Source: Felis catus
Lineage: Eukaryota
Reading direction: 5' to 3'
NCBI RefSeq assembly: GCF_018350175.1
Contig: NC_058370.1
Location: 30,380,001 to 30,444,000 of the forward strand
Length of the DNA stretch: 64,000 bases
Below, one piece after another: positions 32,199-43,990 of the stretch; the stretch's first letter is position 1; every line of letters begins with the position of its first letter. Made by a program: the position numbers and the translations under genes. Under the pieces are notes generated by a model. It searched no databases and was not told the DNA's origin. It was given only the letters and a program-made list of their open reading frames with translations.

Positions 32199-35100
32199 AA
32201 AAAAAAAAAAAAAAAAAGTGAAAGGATCCTCACTATCAAGGAGTTGGTACCTGCCTTTGGGAATCCCAGTTTCAGCATAAACCCACTGGGGAAGCCTGGG
32301 AGAATGCCCAGACCCCTCCTATCCCCATATACCTGGTACTAATTGACCTTCCCAAGCCCTGAGACTTTGCTTCCTGTCAGAAAAGGGTCTGCTCCTATAG
32401 GAGCAGCCAACTGTGGTCTCAGGACCAGGTAGTGGGGATAGTGGCTTCTGGAGCAGTGGATACTTCAGCCAGCCCGTGGCTTGTGGGAATACAGGCCTGG
32501 TGTGTGTCCTGTTTTTCTTTTGCCTATACAGATGTTTATTTTTTTTTTTCTGTGAAATATAACAATTTTAAAACATGGTCCAATTGATTCAAAACTTTGA
32601 ATTTGCTATAGACCAAACAAAACAGTTGGGGCAGGTTGGTCCAGCCCTTGGCCATCCTATCAGCAACCTCTGGACCAGGCACTTTATGAGAGAGAGCATG
32701 GAGAGGGAGTTCTGCTGAGGACAGATCCCTTCCCCTTGGGTGTGGGGCATGAGTAGTATCTTCCAGACCACAGCTGTTCCCATCCAGCTGTTAGAGCCCC
32801 AGCAGGGAGAGCAGCTGCCAGGCCTTAGTGGGGACAGCTGGGCATCCCCAGACTGGGCTGAGGGACTATGGCTTTGGGGTCAGAGCAGTGCCTATCTTTC
32901 CTCCCACTGCCTTTGATCAGACTGGGCTGGGCTACAGGGTTTGTTCACAAACAGGAAGCAGGGAGAGAAATGGGTGGGGGTGGGGGGACTGCAGGTCGGT
33001 TTTTGGTGGCAACACAGAGCTGTCCCTGCTTTACTCCCGAGGCCCAGGTGCAGATTGTAAATGAAGCCAATGCAATGTGGTGATTCCTGATGCCAGGTTG
33101 TCTGGGCACAACCACTCCCCACCCCTAGGAGTCATCCCCCTGACGCTAGCCCTCGGTGGGCCCCCCCACCTCTGCACCTGCTGTGTCGGTTACAGTTTCT
33201 CAGAAAGAAGCATGTGTGTGTGTGTGTGTGCCTGCGTTCGCATAGACGCACAAAAGCCTTGCGTGGCAGGTGGTCTCTGGTAACATAGCTAGGGGGTGGG
33301 GCCTATCTACAGAAGCTTGTGCCCCAGCCTCAAAAGGAACATCTGTTGGAATTCTTTGCCTGCTGGCCTCTTCTAAGGCAGGAGAAGGGGGTGGGACAGA
33401 GGCTGGGTCCTGGAAAATTCCATAGGAGGGAGGAGAGGATGTGACCCTGAACATTTGTCACCAGGGGGTCTGGCATGGCACACTGTGGCTGATCCAGGGG
33501 CACACTAAACTAGGCCCCTGTCCTGGGGGGAGCCAGGAGCGCCCCACACAAGGGGAGGGAAGGCATCCAGGCCCTGGAGATACCCACATTGTTGGCCACA
33601 GTCTGTCATCATGGGATGGATGGATGCCTTTCCTGGCCACCATATGGCCCCGCTGAGGTGATTTGCATACAGGTGGAAGGCCTGTGGGCAGGCTGGCGAG
33701 ACCGTTGCCTTGGTAGCGCTTCAGCAACCCTGTGACCTGCCCCAGCTGTCTCTATTGCTGCCATTCTCTGGGCCCTCTTCCATTCAGGGCAGCCTTCAAA
33801 ATCCCAGGCTGCTTCTCCTCTCCCCCCTCCCCAGTACCTGGACCCCCTCCCTGCATTCTTCCCTCCACTGTCTACTGGCCTGAGTCCTGGCCTCTGGGCC
33901 TTGTGGACTGGGGGCCTGATGCTGGGGGTGGGCAATGTGCTATAGGAGGAGGTGGGCTGCACAGGACGTTTCTCTCTCTTAGGTTTGAACAGGCCATCCA
34001 AGCAGCCAGCCGGGTCATCCGAAAGTAAGTGCTACAGCCTTCCTCAGGCCGGCTCTGGTAGTCTTGGTAGTCTACCTACCACAGGCTCTGTCCATGCTCC
34101 CCTCCCCTCCACCCCCCCCCCCACCACGTTGGGTGGAGTAGGCATGGGGAGGGTGCTGTCCCATTCCCTCCCACAGGGATGCATAGGGCTCTGCGGTGGA
34201 GGGGCATCCTGCCTGCTCTCCTGCACGGCCCTCCACTCTCCAGCCCTGACATATCCCCGTTTCCTTCTGCAGCGAGCAGTTTGCCATTCGACGCTTCCAG
34301 TCCTTACCGGTGAGTGCCCTCTGAGGCCTGACGCTGGAGGCCCAGGCATTGCCCAGGCTTGAGGAGGGGCAGGAGGGATCCAGGGTCGCCTCCCAGAGGG
34401 TGGACTTGAAGTGGTCTGGCGTCCCTGGTCTGGCTGTGGGAGATGGGGTTTTGGAGGTGGATGGGCAAGCTGGGGGATTCGAAGGAGGGATGGGAGAAGG
34501 TAGGGCCAGGGCTGATGCCAGAGGAATGCAGCCTTCAGTACCTGCTGCCCTACCTGGCTCTCTAGGTGAGGCTTCTGGGCCACAGCCCTGTGCTACGGAA
34601 CATCACCAACTCCCAAGCACCCGGCAGCTGGAGGAAGAGCGAGGCGTGTGGCCGAGCTGCCCGCAGCTCTGGGGAGGACAAAGAGAATGTGCGCGTCCAG
34701 AAGGCTGGAGTGGGAGCACTTCAGGGAGAGAAGGGGGTGTGCTGGGGTGGTTCTCTGGCGTTTGATGACACCCCCCCCCCCATCTTGCCCACAGAATGGA
34801 TTTGTTTTCAAGATGCCATGGAAACCCCCACATCCCAGCCATGCCCATGCTTTGGAAGAGTGGGCTGACCGAAGAGAAGCCTTTGCCCAGAGACCAAGCT
34901 CAGCCCCCGACCTGATGGTACGTCAGGAGAGCCAGACCATGCAGGGTGGGCTTGCATGTAGGGTTGGCACCCCTGAAGGCAGCCTGGGGGAAGGTGGAGG
35001 GTGATCCTGAACACTGAGGCAGTGGGAACCTTTTCTCAGAAGGATGGGGTTGGGGGCTGCCCGGGGTCCCCACCCTGAGCAGCTTGTGTCTGTCCCCTGC

Positions 35101-37219
35101 ACAGTGTCTCACCCCTGAGCGGAAGATGGAAATAGAGGAGTGGAGTCCCCCAGCCCGATCCCGCTTCCCCCTGACTGCCACCCAGGGGTCCTCTGAGGAA
35201 GATGATGGATTTGTGGACATCCTGGAGAGTGACTTAAAGGTAACCAGTCTTTCCCCAGGATCTCCCCAAAGAGGAAAGCACTGACCTCCTGCAGGGAGAC
35301 TACGCCATCATTCCAATGACAGAAGAGGAATTGGAGCTAATGGAGTCACAGCCTGACCTCTGGCCTACCAGAGACTAGCAGGCGACTGGCACTGGTGATG
35401 CAGTGAGGGAGGGCCCTGCAGGGCAGAGGGAAGCCTGGCACTCCACCATGGCCACGCTTCTCACGATTCTGTGCAAACAACTGGGGCCCTGCAATTTCCT
35501 GGTTCTAAGGGACCACCCTGTGTGGACATGGCCGAGGAGGGCCATGCTGAAGGACTTAGGGCCTATGAGGTTTGGCCTTTGCCTGCATGTTAACCATATC
35601 CTTGCTGATTTGGCCTCAGGATGACAATGTGGTCCCCCCAGGCATGGAGAGCCTCATTAGCGCCCCACTGGTCAAGACCTCAGAAAAGGAGGAAGAGCAG
35701 GTGGGTTTCTGGGGGGGCCGCTCAGAACTTGGAGGGGTGGAGCCCTACCCTCCAGGTGGGGTTAGTAGGGGGCAGGGGCTGGGCACTCTGACCCCCTACC
35801 TGCCACCCTTCCCAGGACCTCATCATATACAGCAAGTGCCAGCGGCTCTTCCGTTCTCCGTCCATGCCCTGCAGCGTGATCCGACCCATCCTCAAGAGGC
35901 TGGAGCGGCCCCACGACAGGGACCTGCCCATACAGAACAAGCGGAGGAAGAGCGTCACCCCTCCAGAGGAGCAACGGGAGGCCGAGGAACCTGTGGGTAC
36001 CCCCTAGGGTGGGGCTGGGCGGCCACTGTCCGAGTCCACCCCGCAAGCCCTTCTTGGCTGGGTTTGTGGCAGAGGGAGGGGGCAGGGAAAGAGGTACCAG
36101 CTGAATGGGGGCACTGAGGGGCAGCCTGCCCACCCCTGATCCTGGCCACCATCCACCCCACAGAAAGCCCGTGTCCTCCGCTCAAAGTCCTTGTGTCATG
36201 ATGAGATTGAGACTATCCTGGACAGTGACCACCGAGAACTGATTGGGGATTACTCCAAGGTACCAGCACTGGGGACCCTCCGCAGACTTGACCCCTTACT
36301 GTATGGCCCCCCCAAGCTCAGCAGGTGTTTTGACACCTTCCTCTCCCCTCCCAGCACACTTCCCCCCACTCCCTGCTTTGTCATTTGCAGCTTATCCTTT
36401 ATTCTTACCTAGACTCCTCTCTGGCTCTCTTTGGTCTCCTGACTCTACCTCAAATCTGTCTGGGGTATCAGTTGTGTTCCAACCTTGGAAAACATTGCCA
36501 AACTAACATCTAGCTTGGAGCCTCCTCTGGCCTCATCCGGGCGCTTTGCAGAGTGTGGGGGCAGCAGGCAGGGAGTTCATCTCTTCTGCTCTCTTCTTCA
36601 CTTTCCCCTTGGAATGGGGTTGCTCCCTGGATGTCAGAACCCAAGAGGCACCTCTTGGTTGCTATCGGAACCAGAGCTAAATTTGAAAGGTCAGAGCAGG
36701 TGTGGCCTTCTGTGCTTAGAAAAGAAACTCCATACTTACCTGACTCCTGGTCTTGCCAGTTTCACCTTTTTTTCCTCCTCGCTCTCTCTTTCTCCCATTT
36801 CCCTTTCTCAAACTCTCTCTCCTCTTCCCTTCAGGCCTTCCTTCTGCAGACTGTGGATGGGAAGCACCAAGATCTCAAGTACATCTCACCAGAAACGGTA
36901 TGTGGGGATGAGCCATTCTCCAGGCACACTTGGGACGTTTGCCTGTTAACCTTTTCTGGCTGGAAAAGGCCAGGGCAGCGGTAGGGTTGGGGTCAGCTCC
37001 CACCTGTCAGCCTGACCTGCTGGGACCCACCTCTGTGACCCACAGATGGCAGCCCTGTTGGCAGGCAAGTTCAGCAACATTGTGGAGAGGTTTGTGATTG
37101 TGGACTGCAGGTACCCCTACGAGTATGAAGGCGGGCACATTAAGGTGAGGCGGGCTGATGAGGACAGGCCCTGAAGACCCACCAGGTCTGTCCTTCCTCT
37201 GTGGGGAGAGTGACTCAGT

Positions 37220-37265
<46 letters not shown>

Positions 37266-38622
37266 GTGGCTGCACCCTATCTTAGGGAAGGATTCTGCCC
37301 AGTAAGAGGTGGGGTCACCTGTCTGAAAGTTGGGAACCGCACAGGGAGGGACCTGCCACCCAGGCCCAGGGCTACTGCCTGACCTCCAGCTCCTCTGGCA
37401 GACTGCCGTGAACTTGCCCCTGGAACGGGATGCTGAGACCTTCCTGCTACAGAGCCCCATCACACCCTGTAATCTGGACAAGAGAATCATCCTCATTTTC
37501 CACTGTGAATTCTCATCTGAACGCGGTCCCCGCATGTGAGTCAGCCAGCGGGTGTCTGCTCCTGACCTCTGCCCAGGCTTTGGGATGCTGGAGCCATCTG
37601 ATGCACAGGAGGCCCGGGCCCAGCCCCAGCCCCTCCTAGACCTGGGCCCCTGGTCTCCTGGCAGTGTGTAGTAGACCTCAGCCTCCCTTCCTGTGCATGG
37701 CACCCTCCTCCTACTTCCCTCTCCCCATCCTTCCCATCTGGCCTCATGTCCACCCACCATCCATTGCCACCCTCCCCCTCCCCCCCACCAAGATCTGGTT
37801 CTAAGTCTCCAAAAGTGTCCTTAACCTTCAAGGGCCCTGTCCCAAGCCTCGGTGATGTTGACCCTTCCAGGGTTTGACGGATCTTTCTTCTCCCCACCTC
37901 TCATCCTCACCAAGTCTTGTCCAGACCTCCTGAACAGATCTCTACAATTTTGTCTACTTCTCTCCTTCCTGTTTCCCCTTTCTTGGTCCAGGTCAGATAT
38001 CTCTAACAAAGATTGTTGTGAACTATCTTCCAGAAACAACTCCCTTGATTTACCTACTTTCTTCCATCTCCCCAACCTTTTCTGGACCCAGTAGCCAGAT
38101 GATCTAAGAGTGTTCTTGTGGCTGACATTCCTTTACTCAAGCCTTCTGTGGCTCCCCATGGCCCACAAAGGGGTGGGTGCAAAGAATAGGTCCCCTGAGG
38201 TATATCCCGCTGCACGCCCAGCTCTGACCCCTACACCCCTGCTGGTCTCAGGTGCCGTTTCATCAGGGAGCGTGACAGAGCCGCCAACGACTATCCCAGC
38301 CTCTACTATCCGGAGATGTATATCCTCAAGGGCGGCTATAAGGAGTTCTTCCCACAGCACCCGGTACCATGGGGTGTGGGAGGGTTGGACTGTAGGGAAT
38401 GGGTTCTGCCCAAGGAGAAGGGAGGTCTCCTCCCAGAGTTAACCATTCCCCGTATTGATGGACTCTCCCATCCTGCCCTAGACCTTCTGTGAGCCCCAGG
38501 ACTACCGGCCCATGAACCATGAGGCCTTTAAGGACGAGTTGAAGACCTTCCGTCTCAAGACACGCAGCTGGGCTGGGGAGAGGAGCCGGCGGGAGCTCTG
38601 TAGCCGCCTGCAGGACCAGTGA
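30157..38622 (+). CDS. CDC25B: M-phase inducer phosphatase 2 (dual-specificity rhodanese-fold phosphatase), 574 aa
   Basis: Exons 30157-30356, 31170-31279, 31947-31998, 33983-34024, 34273-34309, 34566-34688, 34795-34917, 35105-35239, 35620-35700, 35816-35992, 36164-36259, 36835-36897, 37046-37144, 37402-37535, 38252-38363, 38482-38622; all GT-AG; 1725 nt. Motifs: KEN, DDGFVD degron, RFQSLP/RPSSAP/RSPSMP 14-3-3 sites, [13 protein letters not shown], catalytic HCEFSSER. Confidence 0.98.
31676..31805 (+). mobile_element. Internally deleted Can-SINE (CDC25B intron 2)
   Basis: ggggcacctagtggctcag head; ctgcttgggattctgtctctc 3' part. Confidence 0.8.
32025..32217 (+). mobile_element. Can-SINE (CDC25B intron 3)
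   Basis: SINE head, (CT)n, poly-A. Confidence 0.9.
37220..37264 (+). repeat. Poly-G homopolymer, 45 nt (CDC25B intron 13)
   Basis: Direct count. Confidence 0.9.
37850..38165 (+). mobile_element. Old L2 fragment (CDC25B intron 14)
   Basis: ctacttctctcc...tggtccagg...actcaagccttctgtggctccccatggccca resembles L2. Confidence 0.45.
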
Positions 38623-39451
38623 AGGCCAGCACCAGTCCTGCCTACCTTCTCTTCCTCGTGGCCTGGGTGCCAGCCACCTAGGGCCCTGCAGGGCTGAGGG
38701 TCTGCTGGAGGCCCCAGGTGCCATCCAGGGGAAGGGCAGTGAGGGTGTCCTGTCTGTCTGCCCCCAGCCCTGGTCCCCATGTCTCCATTCAATCATACTT
38801 CAGACCCTTGTTCCACCCCCACCCCAGCCCAGCCCCTGGAGGAGCCCAGCCTGTTGATTTGGTGAAATTGGATTATGTCGAGCTCTAAGGAAGTATTTTG
38901 TGTCCAGCAGGGACCTTTTTTTGCTTTTTTTCCTTCCTTGTTTGAGTTAACCCTTTGTCTTCCCATGTCCAGGAAAGACCCGCCTTTTCTCTAGGGGCTT
39001 TGTTTGTATGTGGCCAGAGGAAAGCCACAGCCCCCCAGGATGGGCCAAGGCAGAATTCCTCCCTGTGAGGGGAGCTGGCACTGCGGCCGGGCCCTCTCTA
39101 GCACTCCTGGGTGTGTCTGCCGTGTTTTCTTTCTCTTTCTCTTTCCTGTCCCTCCACATGAACACCTCCAGCACAAACATAACCTCTTACTCTTTCCTGT
39201 TTCAGTGTTACCCGCACGCTTGATTCATTTGTCTGATTTGTTGCCCATCTCAGGACATTCACAGGCTGAGGATTAGGCTCCCCTCTCCAGCTGGGGTTAG
39301 AGACTCTGAACATTAATTAGCCACTTGACCCTAGCTCCTCAGGGGCCCTTGGGCCAGGGCTAAGGCCTGCATCCTGAGCCCCTGGAAGCCCAGACCTCAC
39401 CGCTGTGAACCCCGGGGCCTGACTGGTCAGAATTTGCTGCTGTCTTGTTGT

Positions 39452-39506
39452 GGATGGACAGATGGACGAATGGACGGATGATGGATGGATGGATGGATGG
39501 ATGGAT
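39452..39506 (+). repeat. (GGAT/GGAC)n microsatellite in CDC25B 3' UTR
   Basis: Direct reading. Confidence 0.85.
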
Positions 39507-39766
39507 AGCCATGGATGCCCAATGCCTTGCACACACAAACTGCTGAGTTGAAGCATTTCAGTGAGCATGACAGCCTGCGGCAAGAATATATATGTATCTG
39601 TCTGTGTGGACAAACTCTTTACACTTTAAGGTTTGGAAATATTCAAGGTGAAATGTCATAGAAGCAGCGAAGCCAAGGACAGAGCCACGTCCGGATTCCG
39701 AATCTCAGGATGTGTGGGGGGCTGTGCTTGAAGGCCCAGATGAGTCATCTGTTTGGGCCTTGGTTC

Positions 39767-39772
39767 AATAAA
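39767..39772 (+). terminator. CDC25B poly(A) signal AATAAA
   Basis: AATAAA about 1.15 kb after the stop, followed by GT-rich cattgtgtcc. Confidence 0.85.
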
Positions 39773-39939
39773 GCACTGAGCAAGCTGAGTAACCAGCATT
39801 GTGTCCTATGGGCCCTTGACAAGACCGTGGCAGACGCTGATGGCGGGGTAGGATAGCCACAGGTCAGTGGATGGGGGCCGGAAGACTCCTGCAGAGGTGG
39901 CCTCATGTTCTCTTCCCAAGGCAGCCTTGCCTCTCCTTC

Positions 39940-40255
39940 GTGTGTCTACTCAAACACCTCTAAGCTCACCCTTTCTAAACTGCACCAAGTAACCAAAGTG
40001 ACCCTGTCACTGCTCAAGAATTGTCAGTGGCTCCCCACTGCCCTCAGGATAAACTTATCCCTGCATGGCCCTTTAGGACCTGGGGCCTCCCCAGGCCCAT
40101 TCCTCACCTCATTTGACTCAAATCCCCATGCCTTGCTCTTCACATTTCCTTCCTTTGCACCTGCTGCATCATCAGGAATGTTCTCTCCCTGTTATTCCTC
40201 CTTTGAGACTCAATTTCAGATGTCACCTCCTCCCAGAAGCCTTCCTGCCCTGTCA
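39940..40255 (+). mobile_element. L2 fragment
   Basis: cagtggctccccactgccctcaggataaa...tcagatgtcacctcctcccagaagccttcctg. Confidence 0.7.
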
Positions 40256-41919
40256 GAAAACTGACTTTCCTCTCAGCGGCCCCAGCACCCCGCAGAGGTT
40301 CCACCACGTAGGGGGATGCCAAGTTCAAGATCAAGAGAGTGGAAAAGGGCCAATCTGGGAGAACGGGTCCCAGGCCCAAACCTGGTGTCTCAGGAAATTC
40401 CCTCAGAACACCACTGCAGGTGACCCTTGCCCCCAAATGCGAGTCTGTGATTGCCGGGCCTCCTTTGCACACATGTACAGATAAGGTACTACCTGATACA
40501 GAGTGTGTCAAACATGTGGGGCATCATTACCACTTTCTGTCAAAGTTCATCTACCTTCTGAAGTAGGTGGTGCTAACGATTATTCACTCCATTTTGTAGA
40601 TGGGAAAATGGAGGCTATTTCCTACCAGAGCAATAAAGGACTCCAGATTCCCAGGCTGAGTCTAAACAATGCTTGCCTTGTCTCCGGCTTTTCCTCCAAG
40701 ATTCTTACGCCCAAAGGCTTGGTCTTCCCTCTTGGTCCAGGCCCCGTGCAAGGGCACAATGCATGGGGGGCGTTGGGGTGTGACTTTGATGGTCTGGGGG
40801 CCTGGGCCTTTGCTCAGGGAGGGAGGGGCTCTGAAAGCTCCAAAAGCCCTATCCGCTGATCAGGCAGCTGACACCAAGGGTAGCATTTATTCGGGTAAGG
40901 GGACTTGCCCCAGAAAAAAAGTATCTGTGTAGACCCCTGAGGAACAGGGAGAAATGGGGAGTGGGGGGGAAGGCCCTGGGCACTGTCCTACTAAGATTTG
41001 CTTGCTCCACTCTGCTTAGGTGGTCCCAGGAAGCCCCACTCCCTCCTTCCTGGTTTATAGAGGAGGAAGGCTGCTGGATGCTCAGAGAGGGCATGTGGTT
41101 GCCTCCAAGTCACACAGCAGATACAAGCAGAGCAGGCATTCCAGCTGCCTAGGACTCTCCCACTTCTCACCTCCTGCCTTGGTCCCAGAAAAGCCAACTG
41201 GGTGGGGCTAGGTTGCCTGGTTTCTACTCTGAGTGTCCTCTTTCCACCCCATGGGTCAGGGTCAGGCCACGTGGGAGGAGAGAGCCATGGGTGTTGAGTG
41301 TAAACACATAGGCTGTGTGCCAGGTGCCGACATCTGAGACTACATCTGTCCTCCTCATATCCCACCATCGGAGCCATAGTTGTGGTCATGGGGCATTCAC
41401 ACTGTTCCAGACGGTTACACGTTGTCTCCTAAGCTTACCAGGTAGGTATATAGCTCATTTTGCAGGGAAAGAGGAGGAGGAGTCAGGGAGAGGGCCTTGG
41501 TCAAGCCAGGAAACAAAACATCCCCCAGAGAAGGTCCTGGTCCTCACATATACCTTGATGGGGGTGGACCTGAGTCTGGGAGAGGGAATGCCAGAGGTTT
41601 GCCTCTCCAACTCGGGCCAGGACCCCATCTACCCCTGGAGTTCAGGGGATGGGGCAGAGGTGCCCCAATCTCTCCTCCCCCTAGCAAGAGAAGCGATAAC
41701 TTCTTTCCTGGATGCTCATGAAGGGACGCAGATCAGGCAAGGAAGCAGTTTAAAATCCTGGGCTGCTGGCCAGTTTTGAAGGTTGTTTTGCCCGGGCCAG
41801 GGTAGTTAAAGAGCATCATAGGGCCAGGCACAGGTGGGAAGCTGGCCTGTGCCAAGCTGACCAAGTCAGTGGGCACTAGTGGGGTGTGGACACCAGCTGA
41901 ATCACTCACTGGGTCACTT

Positions 41920-42762
41920 GCAAAAACAATTTTAAAAAATGTTTTCTTTTTAAATTGAAGAATAATCAACATCTCATCAAGGGGCACACATCTTAAGCAG
42001 AGAACACAGACCCGAGGAACCATTACACAGCTCAAGATAAAGGACTTCTCTAGAATTCCATGAGGCTCTCTCTTGCTTCCTCCCAGTGCCTGCATCCCAG
42101 GGGTCCCCACTATTCTGACCTCTGTCAGGTAGATTCGTTTCTCCTGTCTTGAGCTTCATATACATGAAATCATACAGTTCATACCCTTACGTCTGGCTTC
42201 CTTCACTCAGCATGACTTTGAGATTCATTTATGTTTCCTTTAGCAGCAGTTTGTTCCTGTTCATTGCTGAATAGTTTTCCACTGTGTGACTATACTCCTA
42301 AATTGAATTATTCATTCTAAATTTTTTTCTTCTGGTTTTTACATTAAAAAATTAAGATACAGGGGTGCCTGGGTGGCTTAGTTAAGCATCTGACTCTTGA
42401 TCTCAGCTTAGGTCTTGATCTCAGGGTCGTGAGTTCAAGCCCCACATTGGGCTCTGTGCTGGGCATGAAGCCTACTTAAAGAATATATAAAAGTGAAGAT
42501 ATAGTTTATATATATCAAATTCACCCATTTGAGTGTACGATTCTGTGAGTTTTGACAAATGCATACAGTGTGTAACCACCATCACAATCAGGTATAGAAC
42601 ATTTTCATTGTGCCCTTGATGGATTATTTGAGGTGATTTCAAATGGTACCGGCAATATACCCAGGAGTGGAAATGCCGGGTCATAGTGTGTTTGCTCAGC
42701 TTTAGCGTTTTCTACCAGCAGAGTGAGAATTCTGCTGCCCCGTATGCTCATCACAATTGGTA
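41920..42762 (-). mobile_element. Old L1ME 3' fragments with a short Can-SINE (+, 42362-42480)
   Basis: tacgtctggcttccttcactcagcatg...; tgtgagttttgacaaatgcatacagtgtgtaaccaccatcacaatc. Confidence 0.7.
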
Positions 42763-42822
42763 AATTTTAATTTCTCTCTCTTAACCAGAAAACGTGAACG
42801 TTGTACATAGCAAAGAGCTCTG

Positions 42823-43166
42823 TTAAGTGCTGGACCTACACGTTGCGGTGTGGCAGCAGCAAGGCTCAAGCATTATAAGCCCAGCCTGTTTTCTGACTCT
42901 CCTACACTGAAATATTGGTCTTAATTTCTTCCTCAGGTCAGATTCTCTAAAAAAGTTAAAGTGACTCCTCAGAGTCAGTTGGCTGTACGTCATTGGCTTG
43001 AGCCCATCCATTGACGACAGCTTACAGCCATCTAGAAAACTTGGGATTTCTAAAAAGTCTTCGTATCTGGAATCGAACACGTAGGCGCCCACTTTCCAGA
43101 GGCAATGAAACTGTTCGTACAGAAAGGAGGGATGTTTAGACAAGGAGGTCCACGGTCTCATGGAAT
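42823..43166 (-). other. Unannotated candidate terminal exon with a 114-codon open frame (coding status unknown)
   Basis: Branch-like TACTCAAC, pyrimidine tract and CAG acceptor at 43167; ORF to TAA at 42823; ATTAAA at 42771-42766. Confidence 0.35.
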
Positions 43167-43819
43167 CTGGAAACAATCAGGAGAGGGAAGTTGAGTAATG
43201 ACGGGGAAGTTGCTGTTCTGCAGCCAGGAAAGCCATGCCTTGAGAGAACGCTGGAGGAAGTGGACTTGTTCACAGCCGATTGTTCAAAGGAGACAGTTGG
43301 TTACGGGACAGAAGGTAAGAAGCATTCCTGCCCAGCCCACACAGGAATTGGTGTGGGTGCCAGCCGTGTGCCGCTAGGCAGCCTCCGCCCCACCCAGCCG
43401 CACCAGCACACGCCCCTGGGAGGGCTGCCAGGCTCTGAGTCAGCGGGGCCTGAGGCAGCCGGAGGGGAGGAAGCCTCACGTGGCCGGGTCCCCAGCCGCC
43501 TCGTGGGGCCTTCTGGCTGTCAGCCCTGCAGGAAGCGCGGCTGTTTGAAAGGACGAATCACACATGGCCTCCTCCTCCTGGAGCCCAGCCAAGACTATTT
43601 CCATGGGGCCTGGGGCTCCCTGAGGGTGGGATGGAGCTCCCAGGGTTGGGTTGTAGAAGGTATGCAGGGCTGGAGTTGGAGGAGCCTTATGGTCTTCTGA
43701 AATTTGGAGCAGGGGCTGAGTCAGCCCCTGGGGCCACTGTGGGGGGACAGGGAGGAAGGGGGACACACAAGGTGGGGGGAGGGGCAGGCTGAAATCTACG
43801 GACATGCACATCTCCCTTA

Positions 43820-43990
43820 GCACGTAACCTCAGGAAAGTTACTTGAGTTCACTGTGCCTTAATTTCCTCATCTGTAAAATGGGGATTGTAAATGCCCCCC
43901 TTCAAAGGATTGTGGGTTGGATCAAATGAGTTAGTGTATGTAAAGCACTCAGAACAGAACCTGTATACAGTGAGTGCCATACAAGAGTTG
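43820..43990 (+). mobile_element. MIR
   Basis: aagttacttgagttcactgtgccttaatttcctcatctgtaaaatggggattgta...aatgagttagtgtatgtaaagcactcaga. Confidence 0.85.
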
